From positions 96,001 through 160,000 of the IMG/VR virus record IMGVR_UViG_641201006_000001: a stretch of 64,000 bases of DNA. One strand, written 5' to 3'. Below, piece after piece: positions 11,033 to 20,534 of this stretch; within the stretch, counting starts at the first letter, position 1; each line of letters starts with the position of its first letter. The stretch is from a virus. Lineage: Duplodnaviria; Caudoviricetes. The notes under the pieces are model-generated. The model was not told the origin of the DNA. It did no database searches and saw nothing but the letters and a program-made list of their open reading frames with translations. The position numbers and the translations under genes were made by a program.

Positions 11033-11061
11033 TTGAAAAAGGTTACATAAAAAGATATACT
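11033..11061 (+). promoter_or_regulatory. SigA-type promoter of the replication operon
   Basis: TTGAAA-N17-TATACT with an A-rich upstream region; GTTACA repeated twice. Confidence 0.7.
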
Positions 11062-11098
11062 ATAGTTAGACATCTATTACCTGAAAGGGGCAAATACT

Positions 11099-11797
11099 TT
11101 GAACATAAACGAGTGTTTTCAAGTGTCGCATTATGAGGTTGATAAGAACCTTCGCAAGCTGATTGATGAACCAGTAAACGAGGATTTAATCGACAAGAAT
11201 AAATATGCTAATAATAGCGAGTTTGTACCTGATAGTATTTACAAGCGTGTGCTAAATAAAGCAACGAACTATCAATGGTCATTCGTACCGTACGACATCT
11301 CTACAGTAGAAGGGAAATACGTACAGTTCATTGGCTTACTGATCGTACCGGGCTACGGTGTACATACTGGTATTGGAACACAGAAACTACAAAAGACGGA
11401 TAACTCCAATGCACTATCGGCTGCTAAGACATACGCCTTCAAGAATGCTTGTAAGGAGATGGGTATCGCACCGAACGTTGGCAACGATGACTTTGATGAA
11501 GCATTGTTTGAGAACTTCGACGATGATGAAATTGAAGTAGAGGAAAAGCCAAAGAAGAAGCCGGTCAAGAAGGAAGAAAAGAAACCGGCAAAGAAGCCAG
11601 CTAAGAAAGAAGCCAAGCCTTTAAAGGAACGTATCGAAGAGATTCGACAGGCTTATGAGTTGGACGATGATGACTTCGTAGCATTCATTCAGATTTGGGA
11701 TGAGAATATCATTGACCTAAAAGATATGGATGATAAGAAATGGAAAGCATTCTTACAAGATGTAGAAGAGAATCCAGAGGAATACGAAGACTTCTAA
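11099..11797 (+). CDS. Rad52/Sak-like single-strand annealing protein
   Basis: Motif SAAKTYAFKNACKEMGIA; Lys/Pro linker; acidic C-tail ending EDF. Confidence 0.55.
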   Translation: MNINECFQVSHYEVDKNLRKLIDEPVNEDLIDKNKYANNSEFVPDSIYKRVLNKATNYQWSFVPYDISTVEGKYVQFIGLLIVPGYGVHTGIGTQKLQKTDNSNALSAAKTYAFKNACKEMGIAPNVGNDDFDEALFENFDDDEIEVEEKPKKKPVKKEEKKPAKKPAKKEAKPLKERIEEIRQAYELDDDDFVAFIQIWDENIIDLKDMDDKKWKAFLQDVEENPEEYEDF

Positions 11798-11800
11798 AAT

Positions 11801-11830
11801 GGGTGGCCTTAACGGGTCACCCCACATTTA
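11801..11830 (+). terminator. Hairpin/terminator
   Basis: GGGTGGCC-TTAACG-GGTCACCC. Confidence 0.5.
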
Positions 11831-11858
11831 TACCTAATTTTACTAGGAGGAAAACTAG

Positions 11859-12548
11859 ATGACATCTATTTACGACATCGTGTATGATTATATGGATTTG
11901 TTTTATAGCGGTGTTCCGTTGGATAAGGAACAAAAGAAGACCATCCATCAAGAAGTAAAGAAACTCCTTCAATCTGGATGGTGTTCTTCTGAGCTTTCTT
12001 CAACATTCAAGATGGTGAAAAGAAAAAGCCCAGACCTGCAAACACTTAAAGCGTCCACGGTGGTGAGAGGTAAGCGTAAAAAGGAAGTGAATTTACTAAA
12101 GCAAGGTAGGTTCTATTTCCACAATGCTTTACGATTGACAAGTCCTCCGCCGAAAAGGGAGATCGACTACGATAGCGGAGAGATTACTTCTATCAGCACA
12201 CCGTACTTTCTCGAAATGCGTGCAAGCTACACCGTGGATGAGTTGGTCGAATACTACGGTAGGCAAATAGGGATTAAACTCCGTAGCCACGAGAAGGCGA
12301 GATACATAGGCAGCTTCAAGTGGCTCCTTAAAACATATGATGTAGAAATGATATTATTCATGATAGATGCAACAGTCAACATGTGCATTGCAGAAGATAT
12401 GCCAATGCCATACAGTCCGCTTGATATACAAAAGTATATGAAGGAAGCGGAACTTGCTTACAACCAAAAGCAAACAGAAACGGTAGTGTCAGGGGGAAAG
12501 AAAATTGTCAGGAAGAAACGGGTTAGACGAAATCGAGTTCGGCGTTAG
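11859..12548 (+). CDS. Hypothetical replication-cluster protein
   Basis: AGGAGG RBS, 229 aa. Confidence 0.6.
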   Translation: MTSIYDIVYDYMDLFYSGVPLDKEQKKTIHQEVKKLLQSGWCSSELSSTFKMVKRKSPDLQTLKASTVVRGKRKKEVNLLKQGRFYFHNALRLTSPPPKREIDYDSGEITSISTPYFLEMRASYTVDELVEYYGRQIGIKLRSHEKARYIGSFKWLLKTYDVEMILFMIDATVNMCIAEDMPMPYSPLDIQKYMKEAELAYNQKQTETVVSGGKKIVRKKRVRRNRVRR

Positions 12549-13557
12549 GCTTCCGTCGGGGAAGTTCATACGTAACATATTTAAAACGATTGCTGACATT
12601 CCTGCAATGAGAAAGCGCTATAAGAATCAAGGCGTATACATATCAGCTTACAGCTACGAGAAGGCAACGAAAGAGAAAACAGATGACATGCTTTTATATG
12701 GCAATCTCTACATCGACCTTGATGCTCCTGATATGAAAGATGCAAGTAAGGAAGACGAAGCATTCGAACAGATTAGGGAGGACGGCATTAAAGCCATTAG
12801 CTTCCTATCTGCTATTGTCGGTATCGACGAGGAAATGATTAAGATTTATTACAGTGGTCAAAAAGGAATACATATCGTAGTACCTGCAAAAGTATTCGGC
12901 ATTAAGCCGATGAAAGAACTGAACCATGTGTTTAAGTGTATGGCGAAGGAAATACTCAAGATGAGTAAACATAAAACAATCGACACGCAAATATACGATA
13001 ACGCCCGGTTATTGTCATTGCCGGGAGGTAAGCATCCTGCAACGGGACGCTATAAAATACCTCTAACATATGACGAGTTTCGAACGTTAGACTTTCAAAC
13101 GATTAAGAAGATGTCTCGTAAAAAGAGAAAGCTAACTTATAAACCTGCTAGATACAATACGAAGGCTCATCGAATCTTCCAAACTTACATAACGGATTGG
13201 GAACGTGAGAAACAACAACTATCAAGCAAGAGCAAGAAGGGATATAAATCTACACTGGACTTCTGTCCTCCGTGCATTGAATCTATTCTGAATCGTCCAT
13301 GCCCCGAAGGGTTCCGTAACCATACTGCGGCGGCACTGGCAAGTTACTTTAAGCAACGTGGATTCAGTAAAGATAAAGGATGGAAACAGATTGTACAGTG
13401 GAACGATGAGTACGCCAAGTTACCTGCTAGTGAACTACAAACAACATTCGAGAGTATGTACAACGGGGAGTATACATATGGATGTGCGACACTAGAAACA
13501 CTCGGTGACTGTCAAAAGAACAATTGTAAAATCGGTAAGAGCAAGGATAAGAAATAG
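12505..13557 (+). CDS. Archaeo-eukaryotic primase (AEP) with a PriL/PriCT-like C-terminal domain
   Basis: Motifs IDLD, YSGQKGIH and IDTQIY; C-terminal CPPC...RNH...YGC...C. Confidence 0.8.
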   Translation: MSGRNGLDEIEFGVRLPSGKFIRNIFKTIADIPAMRKRYKNQGVYISAYSYEKATKEKTDDMLLYGNLYIDLDAPDMKDASKEDEAFEQIREDGIKAISFLSAIVGIDEEMIKIYYSGQKGIHIVVPAKVFGIKPMKELNHVFKCMAKEILKMSKHKTIDTQIYDNARLLSLPGGKHPATGRYKIPLTYDEFRTLDFQTIKKMSRKKRKLTYKPARYNTKAHRIFQTYITDWEREKQQLSSKSKKGYKSTLDFCPPCIESILNRPCPEGFRNHTAAALASYFKQRGFSKDKGWKQIVQWNDEYAKLPASELQTTFESMYNGEYTYGCATLETLGDCQKNNCKIGKSKDKK

Positions 13558-13568
13558 GGGGAGCAGTC

Positions 13569-14609
13569 ATGCCAGCAGTTGCAGAACGTAAACAAAGAAA
13601 GAAACGTCCAATAGATAGAAAGTATATCAAGAAAGCGCCAAGCGATTTAAGAGACTACGAGTTAGAACAATGGGAAACACTAAATGACTTTGAAGAGAAA
13701 GCATGGAGTGAACAGAACAAAGGTTTATCAATGGGTTGGAAGTCAATGGATCAAGCGATAGGTGGACTCCAAACGGGGTTCCACGTTATCGGCGGTGATT
13801 CCAACATTGGTAAAACATCATTCATTTCACAGATGGCATGGAACGTAGCAACGGTTAATCCTGATGCATACGTTATCGACATTTCGCTCGATGATCCTAT
13901 GCTTGATAAAGTATCTCGTGTTATTGCCGCAGGTCAGAAGGTACTGATTAACTCGGTAAAGACACCACGACTATACAAGAAGTATCCGAAGATGCTACAA
14001 CGTCGTGCAATTGGACTAAAGCAACTGCGTGACATGGTTGACCGCTATAAGACTTATGACCAAAATCATAGCTCTAATATCGAGGACATTAAAGAGACTG
14101 TCAAACGTCACATCGTAGAGTTAAAGCAAGCAGGAGAAAAACGTAAGGTTGTTGTCTTCATTGATAACTTCCATGACTTAACGACAGAAGCTCGTGAAGC
14201 ACAAGGCAGTGACAAAGCAAAGTATACATACCTAGCATCATTCGTTGCAGATATGGCGACTGAGTTAGACATTCCTGTAGTATGTTCATGTGAGTTCAAG
14301 AAGATTAATGGTTTCCGCCGTCCATCTATTGATGATATGCGTGAAGCTGTTAAAATAAAATATGAAGCGAAGTCAGTTATGCTTTGCTACAACGAAGTAT
14401 CACTAAAAGGTGAAGCTGCTTCCGTTTACTTTGAGAAGGCTAACGACCCTGAGAAACAACCTGTATACGAAGTGAAGTTCGCGAAGAACAAATACAGCAA
14501 GTTCAAAGGTCGAGTATTCTTCGAGGGGTATCCTGAAATGGCGTACTTCGTAGAAGCCGACGAAGCTTCATCTCAACGCTATAACAATGTTATCTATAGC
14601 AATGAGTAA
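13569..14609 (+). CDS. DnaB-like (SF4) replicative helicase
   Basis: GWKSMDQAIGGL, Walker A GGDSNIGKT, VFIDN, AKNK. Confidence 0.85.
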   Translation: MPAVAERKQRKKRPIDRKYIKKAPSDLRDYELEQWETLNDFEEKAWSEQNKGLSMGWKSMDQAIGGLQTGFHVIGGDSNIGKTSFISQMAWNVATVNPDAYVIDISLDDPMLDKVSRVIAAGQKVLINSVKTPRLYKKYPKMLQRRAIGLKQLRDMVDRYKTYDQNHSSNIEDIKETVKRHIVELKQAGEKRKVVVFIDNFHDLTTEAREAQGSDKAKYTYLASFVADMATELDIPVVCSCEFKKINGFRRPSIDDMREAVKIKYEAKSVMLCYNEVSLKGEAASVYFEKANDPEKQPVYEVKFAKNKYSKFKGRVFFEGYPEMAYFVEADEASSQRYNNVIYSNE

Positions 14610-14623
14610 GAGGAGGTGACAAT

Positions 14624-14848
14624 ATGAATGACCAATTCTTTATCGGCGTACTTCTCCTAATGTTCTTTTGTGTTCTATTAGGAGTATGCGCAACGATGGC
14701 AGTGTATAAAACATACCTCTATCGCAAGAAGAGGGAACTATCACTACAGATCATCGAAATCAAATTGCTTAACAAGCAGAACGAACGCAATCAGAACGTT
14801 GTCAAACCTGACTATGATGAAGATGACTGCGAAGGCTTGTTACCATAA
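14624..14848 (+). CDS. Small membrane protein
   Basis: GAGGAGGTG RBS; one TM helix. Confidence 0.6.
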   Translation: MNDQFFIGVLLLMFFCVLLGVCATMAVYKTYLYRKKRELSLQIIEIKLLNKQNERNQNVVKPDYDEDDCEGLLP

Positions 14849-14865
14849 ACTAAGGGGAGGAATAC

Positions 14866-15159
14866 ATGATGAAAACGAACCAAAACTTTTTTGAGGAACG
14901 TATCACGGATGAGCAGTTTGAAACATTGAAGACAAAAGGTCTTCGAGGGGAACTAGAAGCTGCTAATCCGATTGATGCTACGAAGGTTACATTTGAAAAA
15001 GCAATCTTCGAAAGCGAGAAGCATCTCCGTGCTAAAGAAGAACAGTTGGATGAGCTTCTTAATAGTTTAACAAGTATGCACAGCGCTATTAAGAAGGAAA
15101 AGGTTAAACAGGATACGCTGATTAAAGATTACAAAAAGAACTTTCCGGAGGCGAAATAA
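14866..15159 (+). CDS. Hypothetical coiled-coil protein
   Basis: GGGGAGG RBS. Confidence 0.6.
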   Translation: MMKTNQNFFEERITDEQFETLKTKGLRGELEAANPIDATKVTFEKAIFESEKHLRAKEEQLDELLNSLTSMHSAIKKEKVKQDTLIKDYKKNFPEAK

Positions 15160-15160
15160 T

Positions 15161-15424
15161 ATGAGAGCAAAGGGGCGCATTAATCTTACAGGTGAATTAC
15201 TAAAAGGGATGCTTGGCATTCCAAAGAATATCTCGTTAGATAAAATCTACATTGATGATACTCGTGACGTTGTAAGTGTTGTTGTATCATCTGATGCACC
15301 TGCTTACGTTGGTGATGGTGTACATAATATTCGTCCAGTGACGTTCGATGTGAAAGAAGGACAAGAAGTTCCTACTTGGCAGATTGATACGCTGAACGGA
15401 TTACGTAAAGGGGAATTGAAATAA
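15161..15424 (+). CDS. Hypothetical protein
   Basis: GGAGG RBS; operon packing. Confidence 0.6.
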   Translation: MRAKGRINLTGELLKGMLGIPKNISLDKIYIDDTRDVVSVVVSSDAPAYVGDGVHNIRPVTFDVKEGQEVPTWQIDTLNGLRKGELK

Positions 15425-15726
15425 TGTTTGGTACACAAGTTCAACAAACTGGTTCTAACGCAAAAGAAATCAACAAGGAACTATCGAACAACTGCGACAT
15501 GTATGAGCCATGTCCAATCTGCTTTAAGTGTCAAAACAAAGCAACTCATTTATATCAGCGATGCGAGGAATGTCCAGTGCAGTTCTGCGGGCATAGTCAC
15601 AAACAACGTTCATTCATTATTCGTCGTGAGAACTTCGCCATCAAAGTAACAGATGAGACTGGTGAGAAGTTTAAAGAAGCGGCGGAGCAGGTTAATCAAA
15701 CTTGCACATGCAATAAGGGAGAGTAA
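15424..15726 (+). CDS. Cys-rich putative zinc-binding protein
   Basis: CPIC, CEEC and CGH motifs. Confidence 0.6.
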   Translation: MFGTQVQQTGSNAKEINKELSNNCDMYEPCPICFKCQNKATHLYQRCEECPVQFCGHSHKQRSFIIRRENFAIKVTDETGEKFKEAAEQVNQTCTCNKGE

Positions 15727-15732
15727 GAGACG

Positions 15733-16002
15733 ATGAAAGCTAAACGAGGGTCATGGAAGGCAGTTCCGAAGATTACACCATTCGAAAGAAGAAATGCGAA
15801 TGAAGTTGGGGAAATCATATGTAAGGGATCTAATCCGCTAGGTGTCACTGTACATTCGGCGGAGGGTTCATATACATATACATACAAAGATGTAGCACAC
15901 TACTATGAGCGCAGCCATAAACCGTTCAGCCAAACGGTATCTTTATTTATTATGAAGGATGGTAAAAATGCGAATGACTACAAGCGGAAAGCTATATGTT
16001 AA
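15733..16002 (+). CDS. Hypothetical protein
   Basis: RBS and operon packing. Confidence 0.5.
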   Translation: MKAKRGSWKAVPKITPFERRNANEVGEIICKGSNPLGVTVHSAEGSYTYTYKDVAHYYERSHKPFSQTVSLFIMKDGKNANDYKRKAIC

Positions 16003-16180
16003 TCAACTACAGAAACAAATGGATTTAGATATGGAGGAACTGCTTTCTTATGAAGCTCGACAGTACGATGTGGGAGATGACCGCAAAGTACAACCAGCTT
16101 TCATGTTAGGGGATTACTTCGAAGAGAAGAAACAAGAGTCGAAGATGAGAGCATTACGAAGAGGTGAGCAGTATGAGTAA
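15959..16180 (+). CDS. Hypothetical protein (start uncertain)
   Basis: Overlapping operon packing. Confidence 0.5.
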   Translation: MVKMRMTTSGKLYVNQLQKQMDLDMEELLSYEARQYDVGDDRKVQPAFMLGDYFEEKKQESKMRALRRGEQYE

Positions 16181-16502
16181 ATACAAAGCAGGTTCATCTA
16201 TACAACAGATGGCACAGCGTTCTCGTAAGGAGCGTATTGCACCAACTGAGTATAAGAACTATGATGACTATTTAAAAGCGCAGAAACAAGTGCATGACCA
16301 CTTACATAGCAAACCTGCTATCAGTTGTGAACTATGTGGTTACCCACTAACGTATAACGGTCATAAACCAACTGAGCGTGAACAGAAGTGGAGTATCCAT
16401 GATGTGTGTCAAGAAAAGATGAATAGAATGCTAGACCGTGAGACTGGTATTGCGAGAGAGCGTAAAGCACTAGCAAACCAAAACACGGGTAAACGATTCT
16501 AA
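16173..16502 (+). CDS. Hypothetical protein with CxxC...HxxC
   Basis: GAGGTG RBS; CELC and HDVC motifs. Confidence 0.55.
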   Translation: MSKYKAGSSIQQMAQRSRKERIAPTEYKNYDDYLKAQKQVHDHLHSKPAISCELCGYPLTYNGHKPTEREQKWSIHDVCQEKMNRMLDRETGIARERKALANQNTGKRF

Positions 16503-17311
16503 TGCGTATACACATTGACCAGGTAATAGATTATGTTAGTTGCCCTGCGTTGTACAAGTTTCGTAACGTAGATAAGTTGGAACCGCCCCAGCCTAAAAAG
16601 GGGCGACCAACGAAGAACTCTATCGTAGAACTGTACGACGAGGCACTGCATAAGGCTGTTGCCTATATTTTTAACTCGGTACAAGACGGTAGGTATCCAT
16701 CTCTTACTAACATGAAAAATAGATGGGGCAAGTTATGGATCGCTCCGAGAGCGAAGCAAGAAGATATTAAGTTCAAGCAGGTAAGCTGGCGTGACACACA
16801 CGAGTTAAAGCGCAAGCAAGGCTGGGATAAGATAGAGAAACTATGGCTTCATTACAAAGAAGACCCCGGTTCTCCTATCATGGTAAATTATCCGTATACT
16901 GTACAAATTGGTAAGCATACATTAGAAGGAACGATTGACCTTGTTCGAGTTGCCAAGAAAGAGAATGGTAGAGAACATATTGAGATGGTCGAGTTTATCA
17001 CTGACGAACGGAACGCACCATTCCTACACACTCGCAGGGATTGGAGAGTCACTGCTGCTTCCTATGCTTTCAGGAAAATTATGAAAGCGAATGAGGAGAA
17101 AATAGTGTATCATGGAATTATAAGCGGGAAGTTATTAGATACCACAAGGGATGAACAGGATTATAAGCAACTTGAACATCTTCTAGATGCAATTGAACAT
17201 ATGCAAACTCATGAGATATATTATCCCGTATTCAACGAGAGATGTAACTCATGTTCATATCAAAAGTATTGTGAGAAAGGATGGTTCGATGTTAAAACTA
17301 GTAAACAGTGA
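16502..17311 (+). CDS. PD-(D/E)xK nuclease-like protein (RecB/AddB/Cas4 type)
   Basis: N-terminal SCP, GTIDLV, C-terminal CNSCSYQKYC Fe-S-type motif. Confidence 0.7.
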   Translation: MRIHIDQVIDYVSCPALYKFRNVDKLEPPQPKKGRPTKNSIVELYDEALHKAVAYIFNSVQDGRYPSLTNMKNRWGKLWIAPRAKQEDIKFKQVSWRDTHELKRKQGWDKIEKLWLHYKEDPGSPIMVNYPYTVQIGKHTLEGTIDLVRVAKKENGREHIEMVEFITDERNAPFLHTRRDWRVTAASYAFRKIMKANEEKIVYHGIISGKLLDTTRDEQDYKQLEHLLDAIEHMQTHEIYYPVFNERCNSCSYQKYCEKGWFDVKTSKQ

Positions 17312-17426
17312 TGGTGCTGAAATCATGCGCCTCCATGACAATAACACAGAGGAATACGCAGATAAGAAGATTGAGGAACAAGCGAAAAAGGCAATACAAA
17401 AACAGGAGCAAAAGGACGGAGAATAA
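17289..17426 (+). CDS. 45-aa hypothetical protein
   Basis: AAAGGA RBS; overlaps both neighbours. Confidence 0.5.
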   Translation: MLKLVNSDGAEIMRLHDNNTEEYADKKIEEQAKKAIQKQEQKDGE

Positions 17427-17959
17427 TGCGAATCATGGGCATTGATGCATCACTATCGACAACTGGATATGCGATTTACGATACTGAAATCGGTGACTTC
17501 ATCTTAATAGATAAGATACGTACTTCTATCAAGAAGGCAACACCAACTAGATCCAAGCGTATACAATATCTTTGTGCAGAGCTTAGTCATATTATGTTCT
17601 GGAACTATGTTGACGTCGTTGTAACCGAGGACATTTACGTTGCGCAGAAATCCGCCGCACTTCCATTAGGGATGGTTCGTGGAGCGATTGAGCAACTTGT
17701 ATATGATTTAGAGTTCGAAGGCTTACACATCATCGAAAGTACGAAGATGAAGAAAGCTGTTACTGGCAACGGTAATGCGAACAAACTACTGACATACGAA
17801 ACGCTAAAAGAAATCTACAAAGACAGTCCGCTTGTAATGGAAGCACTCGGTAAAGAGTTGATTAGTGATAACAGTGCCAAGAAGAATGAAGACATGGCTG
17901 ATGCCGTCGGACTCGTTCACGCTTATAAAGCCGACCCTTCACAAGCTCACATTGCCTAG
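17426..17959 (+). CDS. ruvC: RuvC-like Holliday junction resolvase
   Basis: MRIMGIDASLSTTGYA, VVTED, KKAVTGNGNANK, DMADA. Confidence 0.85.
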   Translation: MRIMGIDASLSTTGYAIYDTEIGDFILIDKIRTSIKKATPTRSKRIQYLCAELSHIMFWNYVDVVVTEDIYVAQKSAALPLGMVRGAIEQLVYDLEFEGLHIIESTKMKKAVTGNGNANKLLTYETLKEIYKDSPLVMEALGKELISDNSAKKNEDMADAVGLVHAYKADPSQAHIA

Positions 17960-17985
17960 TTAGTAGTGAAAGGTAGTGTTACGAG

Positions 17986-18849
17986 ATGAATCATAATATC
18001 AGCTATGAAGAACTCACACTATTGGTTTCGGCCTACCAAGATGGAAGTACAGATGCAGCAGAGCAAATCGTTGCAAACTATGACGGATACTTCCTTAAAT
18101 TTATGTCTGTCATGCATCCCGTTCGTTTTCGTATGAAGGATCGCACCCAGCGTAACTTCTTAAAGTTATTCTGCGGTGACGAATCCGTACGAAAGAATGC
18201 ACATCTATACGCTATTAACGAAGTGATTTATCGTAAGCTAATGGAAACGTTATCGAACGTTCGTGATATGTTTAGACACTATCATGAAGATGAACTCATG
18301 AGTGAGATGGTCATCATCTTACTTGAAATGGCGAGAGAACATAATGGAAAAGCTCCGTTTCATATTTACGTTGCTCACTACTTCCCACGCAAACTATACA
18401 AACGTCTGCGTAAAATGGTACAAGGGGATGTAAAACCAAGAGAAGTGTATTATGACGAGGAGGACATTCGTGTAGCGCATTATGATGATGAATACACGGA
18501 CGACAAACCACGTTATTATATCGAACCAACTACACCGACGGACTATGATGAAAACTGGGTCAACGGCTATGGTTGCGGAGAAGTGTTTGAAGATTTAACG
18601 ATTTACGAACGTCGCCTTATTAAATGGTATTACGAAGCGAAGGCGTTGAATCCTGAATCAATGGACAAGGATATTTACTTAGAGCGTAGAGCCGCTTGTA
18701 AGTGTACGGAGTCCGACATCGCAGATCGTCTAGGTTGTAACCGTAAAACAGTGAACCTAAAACGTAACGATGCAAAACGTAGAGTCGAGCAATATGCATC
18801 CGACCTACATTTACTTACGGGTAGCCAACCCAAAGCACATAAGGAGTAG
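17986..18849 (+). CDS. Phage-encoded sigma70-family factor
   Basis: LVSAYQDGSTDAAEQIV (region 1.2/2-like) and region 4 HTH LTIYERRLI...TESDIADRLGCNRKTV. Confidence 0.7.
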   Translation: MNHNISYEELTLLVSAYQDGSTDAAEQIVANYDGYFLKFMSVMHPVRFRMKDRTQRNFLKLFCGDESVRKNAHLYAINEVIYRKLMETLSNVRDMFRHYHEDELMSEMVIILLEMAREHNGKAPFHIYVAHYFPRKLYKRLRKMVQGDVKPREVYYDEEDIRVAHYDDEYTDDKPRYYIEPTTPTDYDENWVNGYGCGEVFEDLTIYERRLIKWYYEAKALNPESMDKDIYLERRAACKCTESDIADRLGCNRKTVNLKRNDAKRRVEQYASDLHLLTGSQPKAHKE

Positions 18850-18860
18850 GATGTGATTGT

Positions 18861-19373
18861 ATGAAGTATACAACTTGCACCGAGTGTGGAAACAAAGTTG
18901 GCTACACAACGAATCGTCCAAAGCGATGCACAGCTTGTAAAGAAGAACGTGAAAAGAAATTCACGTATAAGAAACGCAAGCCACAGCGTTCTAAGAAAGA
19001 AGGTTTAATGCAGAAAGTATTAGATGAACTTCTTCCTGACGCTGAATACATAGATAACGGTTACTACTCATGGATGCGTTCTCCTAGAGGAGCGTGCTTG
19101 CAGTTAGACCGTTATTACCCTGACCTAAATCTCGGATTTGAGATGAACGGCAGACAGCACTATGAATTTAATCGTTACATGCATAAAGACGAAGAGGCAT
19201 TTGAATACTTACAAGAATGCGATAGAAGAAAACGCAAAGAATGTAAGAGAAATGGTGTCACTTTGATAACGATTAAGTATAATAAAACTATCACGAAAGA
19301 ATATCTTGTGAAGCGATTCCGCCAAGCAGGTATCCTATCTGATATTAAAAAACAAACTACAGTGATGGAATAG
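18861..19373 (+). CDS. Zn-finger plus Vsr/DUF559-like endonuclease
   Basis: CTEC...CTAC; QLDRYYPDLNLGFEMNGRQHY. Confidence 0.65.
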   Translation: MKYTTCTECGNKVGYTTNRPKRCTACKEEREKKFTYKKRKPQRSKKEGLMQKVLDELLPDAEYIDNGYYSWMRSPRGACLQLDRYYPDLNLGFEMNGRQHYEFNRYMHKDEEAFEYLQECDRRKRKECKRNGVTLITIKYNKTITKEYLVKRFRQAGILSDIKKQTTVME

Positions 19374-19396
19374 GGTGTCTTCGTGACACTCTTTCT
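19372..19396 (+). terminator. Terminator hairpin
   Basis: AGGGTGTC-TTCGT-GACACTCT-TTCT. Confidence 0.6.
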
Positions 19397-19416
19397 GTCT
19401 GATAAGGAGGGTTCTT

Positions 19417-19725
19417 ATGTTAGCTCACAACAATAAGACTGGTGTAACGGCACAGCCGAACCAAGAAGCACTCATCGCAGAATGGACTGCTGATGGATTC
19501 AGTTACTTAATTGGATTCACAGGTACAGGTACATATTCGGGTGAGTTTCTATTATATGTAGGCGGTGAACCACACTACGTATATCAAACATCACCGGGTA
19601 ACCGTACAGCTTACATTGCAGATCGCGGCGTACGATTAGATGCAGGTGTGAAAGTACAACTGAAAGTAAAACACGAAGACGACGAAGCACAAACATTCAA
19701 AGGAACAATTCTTGGAGGACGTTAA
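19417..19725 (+). CDS. Hypothetical beta-rich (virion-like) protein
   Basis: AAGGAGG RBS. Confidence 0.55.
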   Translation: MLAHNNKTGVTAQPNQEALIAEWTADGFSYLIGFTGTGTYSGEFLLYVGGEPHYVYQTSPGNRTAYIADRGVRLDAGVKVQLKVKHEDDEAQTFKGTILGGR

Positions 19726-19726
19726 C

Positions 19727-20284
19727 ATGAAGTATGTAGGTAGACTAGATGTAGAAATGGGTGGAATGTTCAGTGGAAAATCAGAAGAACTTATTCGTAA
19801 ATGTAGACGAGCAGAAATCGCTGGTAACAAAGTTCAAGTGTTTAAGCCGAAGCTTGATGACCGCTATAGTGATACAGAAGTTGTTACTCACTATGGTCGA
19901 TCCATCGAATGCGAAGTTGTTACTAACTCGCAAGACTTATACCGCAGGGTTCAACCTGACACAAGCGTAGTTGCCATTGATGAGGTACAATTCTTTGATG
20001 ATAGAATCTACGAAATCATCATGCATCTCAAACGTGACAAAGGCATAGATGTCATCGTAGCAGGATTAGATATGTGGGCTTCGGGTGAACCAGTGATGAT
20101 TGTAGCAAAGCTGGCTGCTGTATCGAATGATGTTCAGAAGTTCCACGCTGTCTGCCAAGATACAGGAGAGGATGCCTACATCTCCTATTGCACGGTAGAA
20201 AAAGATGGTGACGTACTCGTTGGTGGCACAGACAAATACATTGCCCTTTCAGAGAAAGCGTACCTGAAACGACTAAACAAGTAG
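19727..20284 (+). CDS. tdk: Thymidine kinase
   Basis: GGMFSGKSEEL, DDRY, IDEVQFF, AGLD, VGG motifs. Confidence 0.92.
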   Translation: MKYVGRLDVEMGGMFSGKSEELIRKCRRAEIAGNKVQVFKPKLDDRYSDTEVVTHYGRSIECEVVTNSQDLYRRVQPDTSVVAIDEVQFFDDRIYEIIMHLKRDKGIDVIVAGLDMWASGEPVMIVAKLAAVSNDVQKFHAVCQDTGEDAYISYCTVEKDGDVLVGGTDKYIALSEKAYLKRLNK

Positions 20285-20530
20285 GTGATACCTATGAAAT
20301 GGAACGAAGCATACACGAAGGTATTTACAACAACGGTTGCTGGCGCAACAAAGACAGTCTCAACACCGTACCGTTTTCACATGGGTCAAGGTGATGTACA
20401 AGTATTCGTCAATGGTGTATACGCACCACTCGGAAAAGAATACAAAGAGGTGTCACCGTATTCGATTGAGTTCTTTGAATCACTTGAAGCAGGAGACAAC
20501 GTGACATTCCATTATCAGAAAATGTGGTGA
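20285..20530 (+). CDS. Small virion-like protein
   Basis: VQVFVNG...EY.E...IEF...L.AGD pattern common in phage structural proteins. Confidence 0.55.
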   Translation: MIPMKWNEAYTKVFTTTVAGATKTVSTPYRFHMGQGDVQVFVNGVYAPLGKEYKEVSPYSIEFFESLEAGDNVTFHYQKMW

Positions 20531-20534
20531 TACT

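Noticed and set aside
16502-17311. CRISPR-associated Cas4
   Set aside because: No cas1/cas2 or array; solo phage nuclease context.
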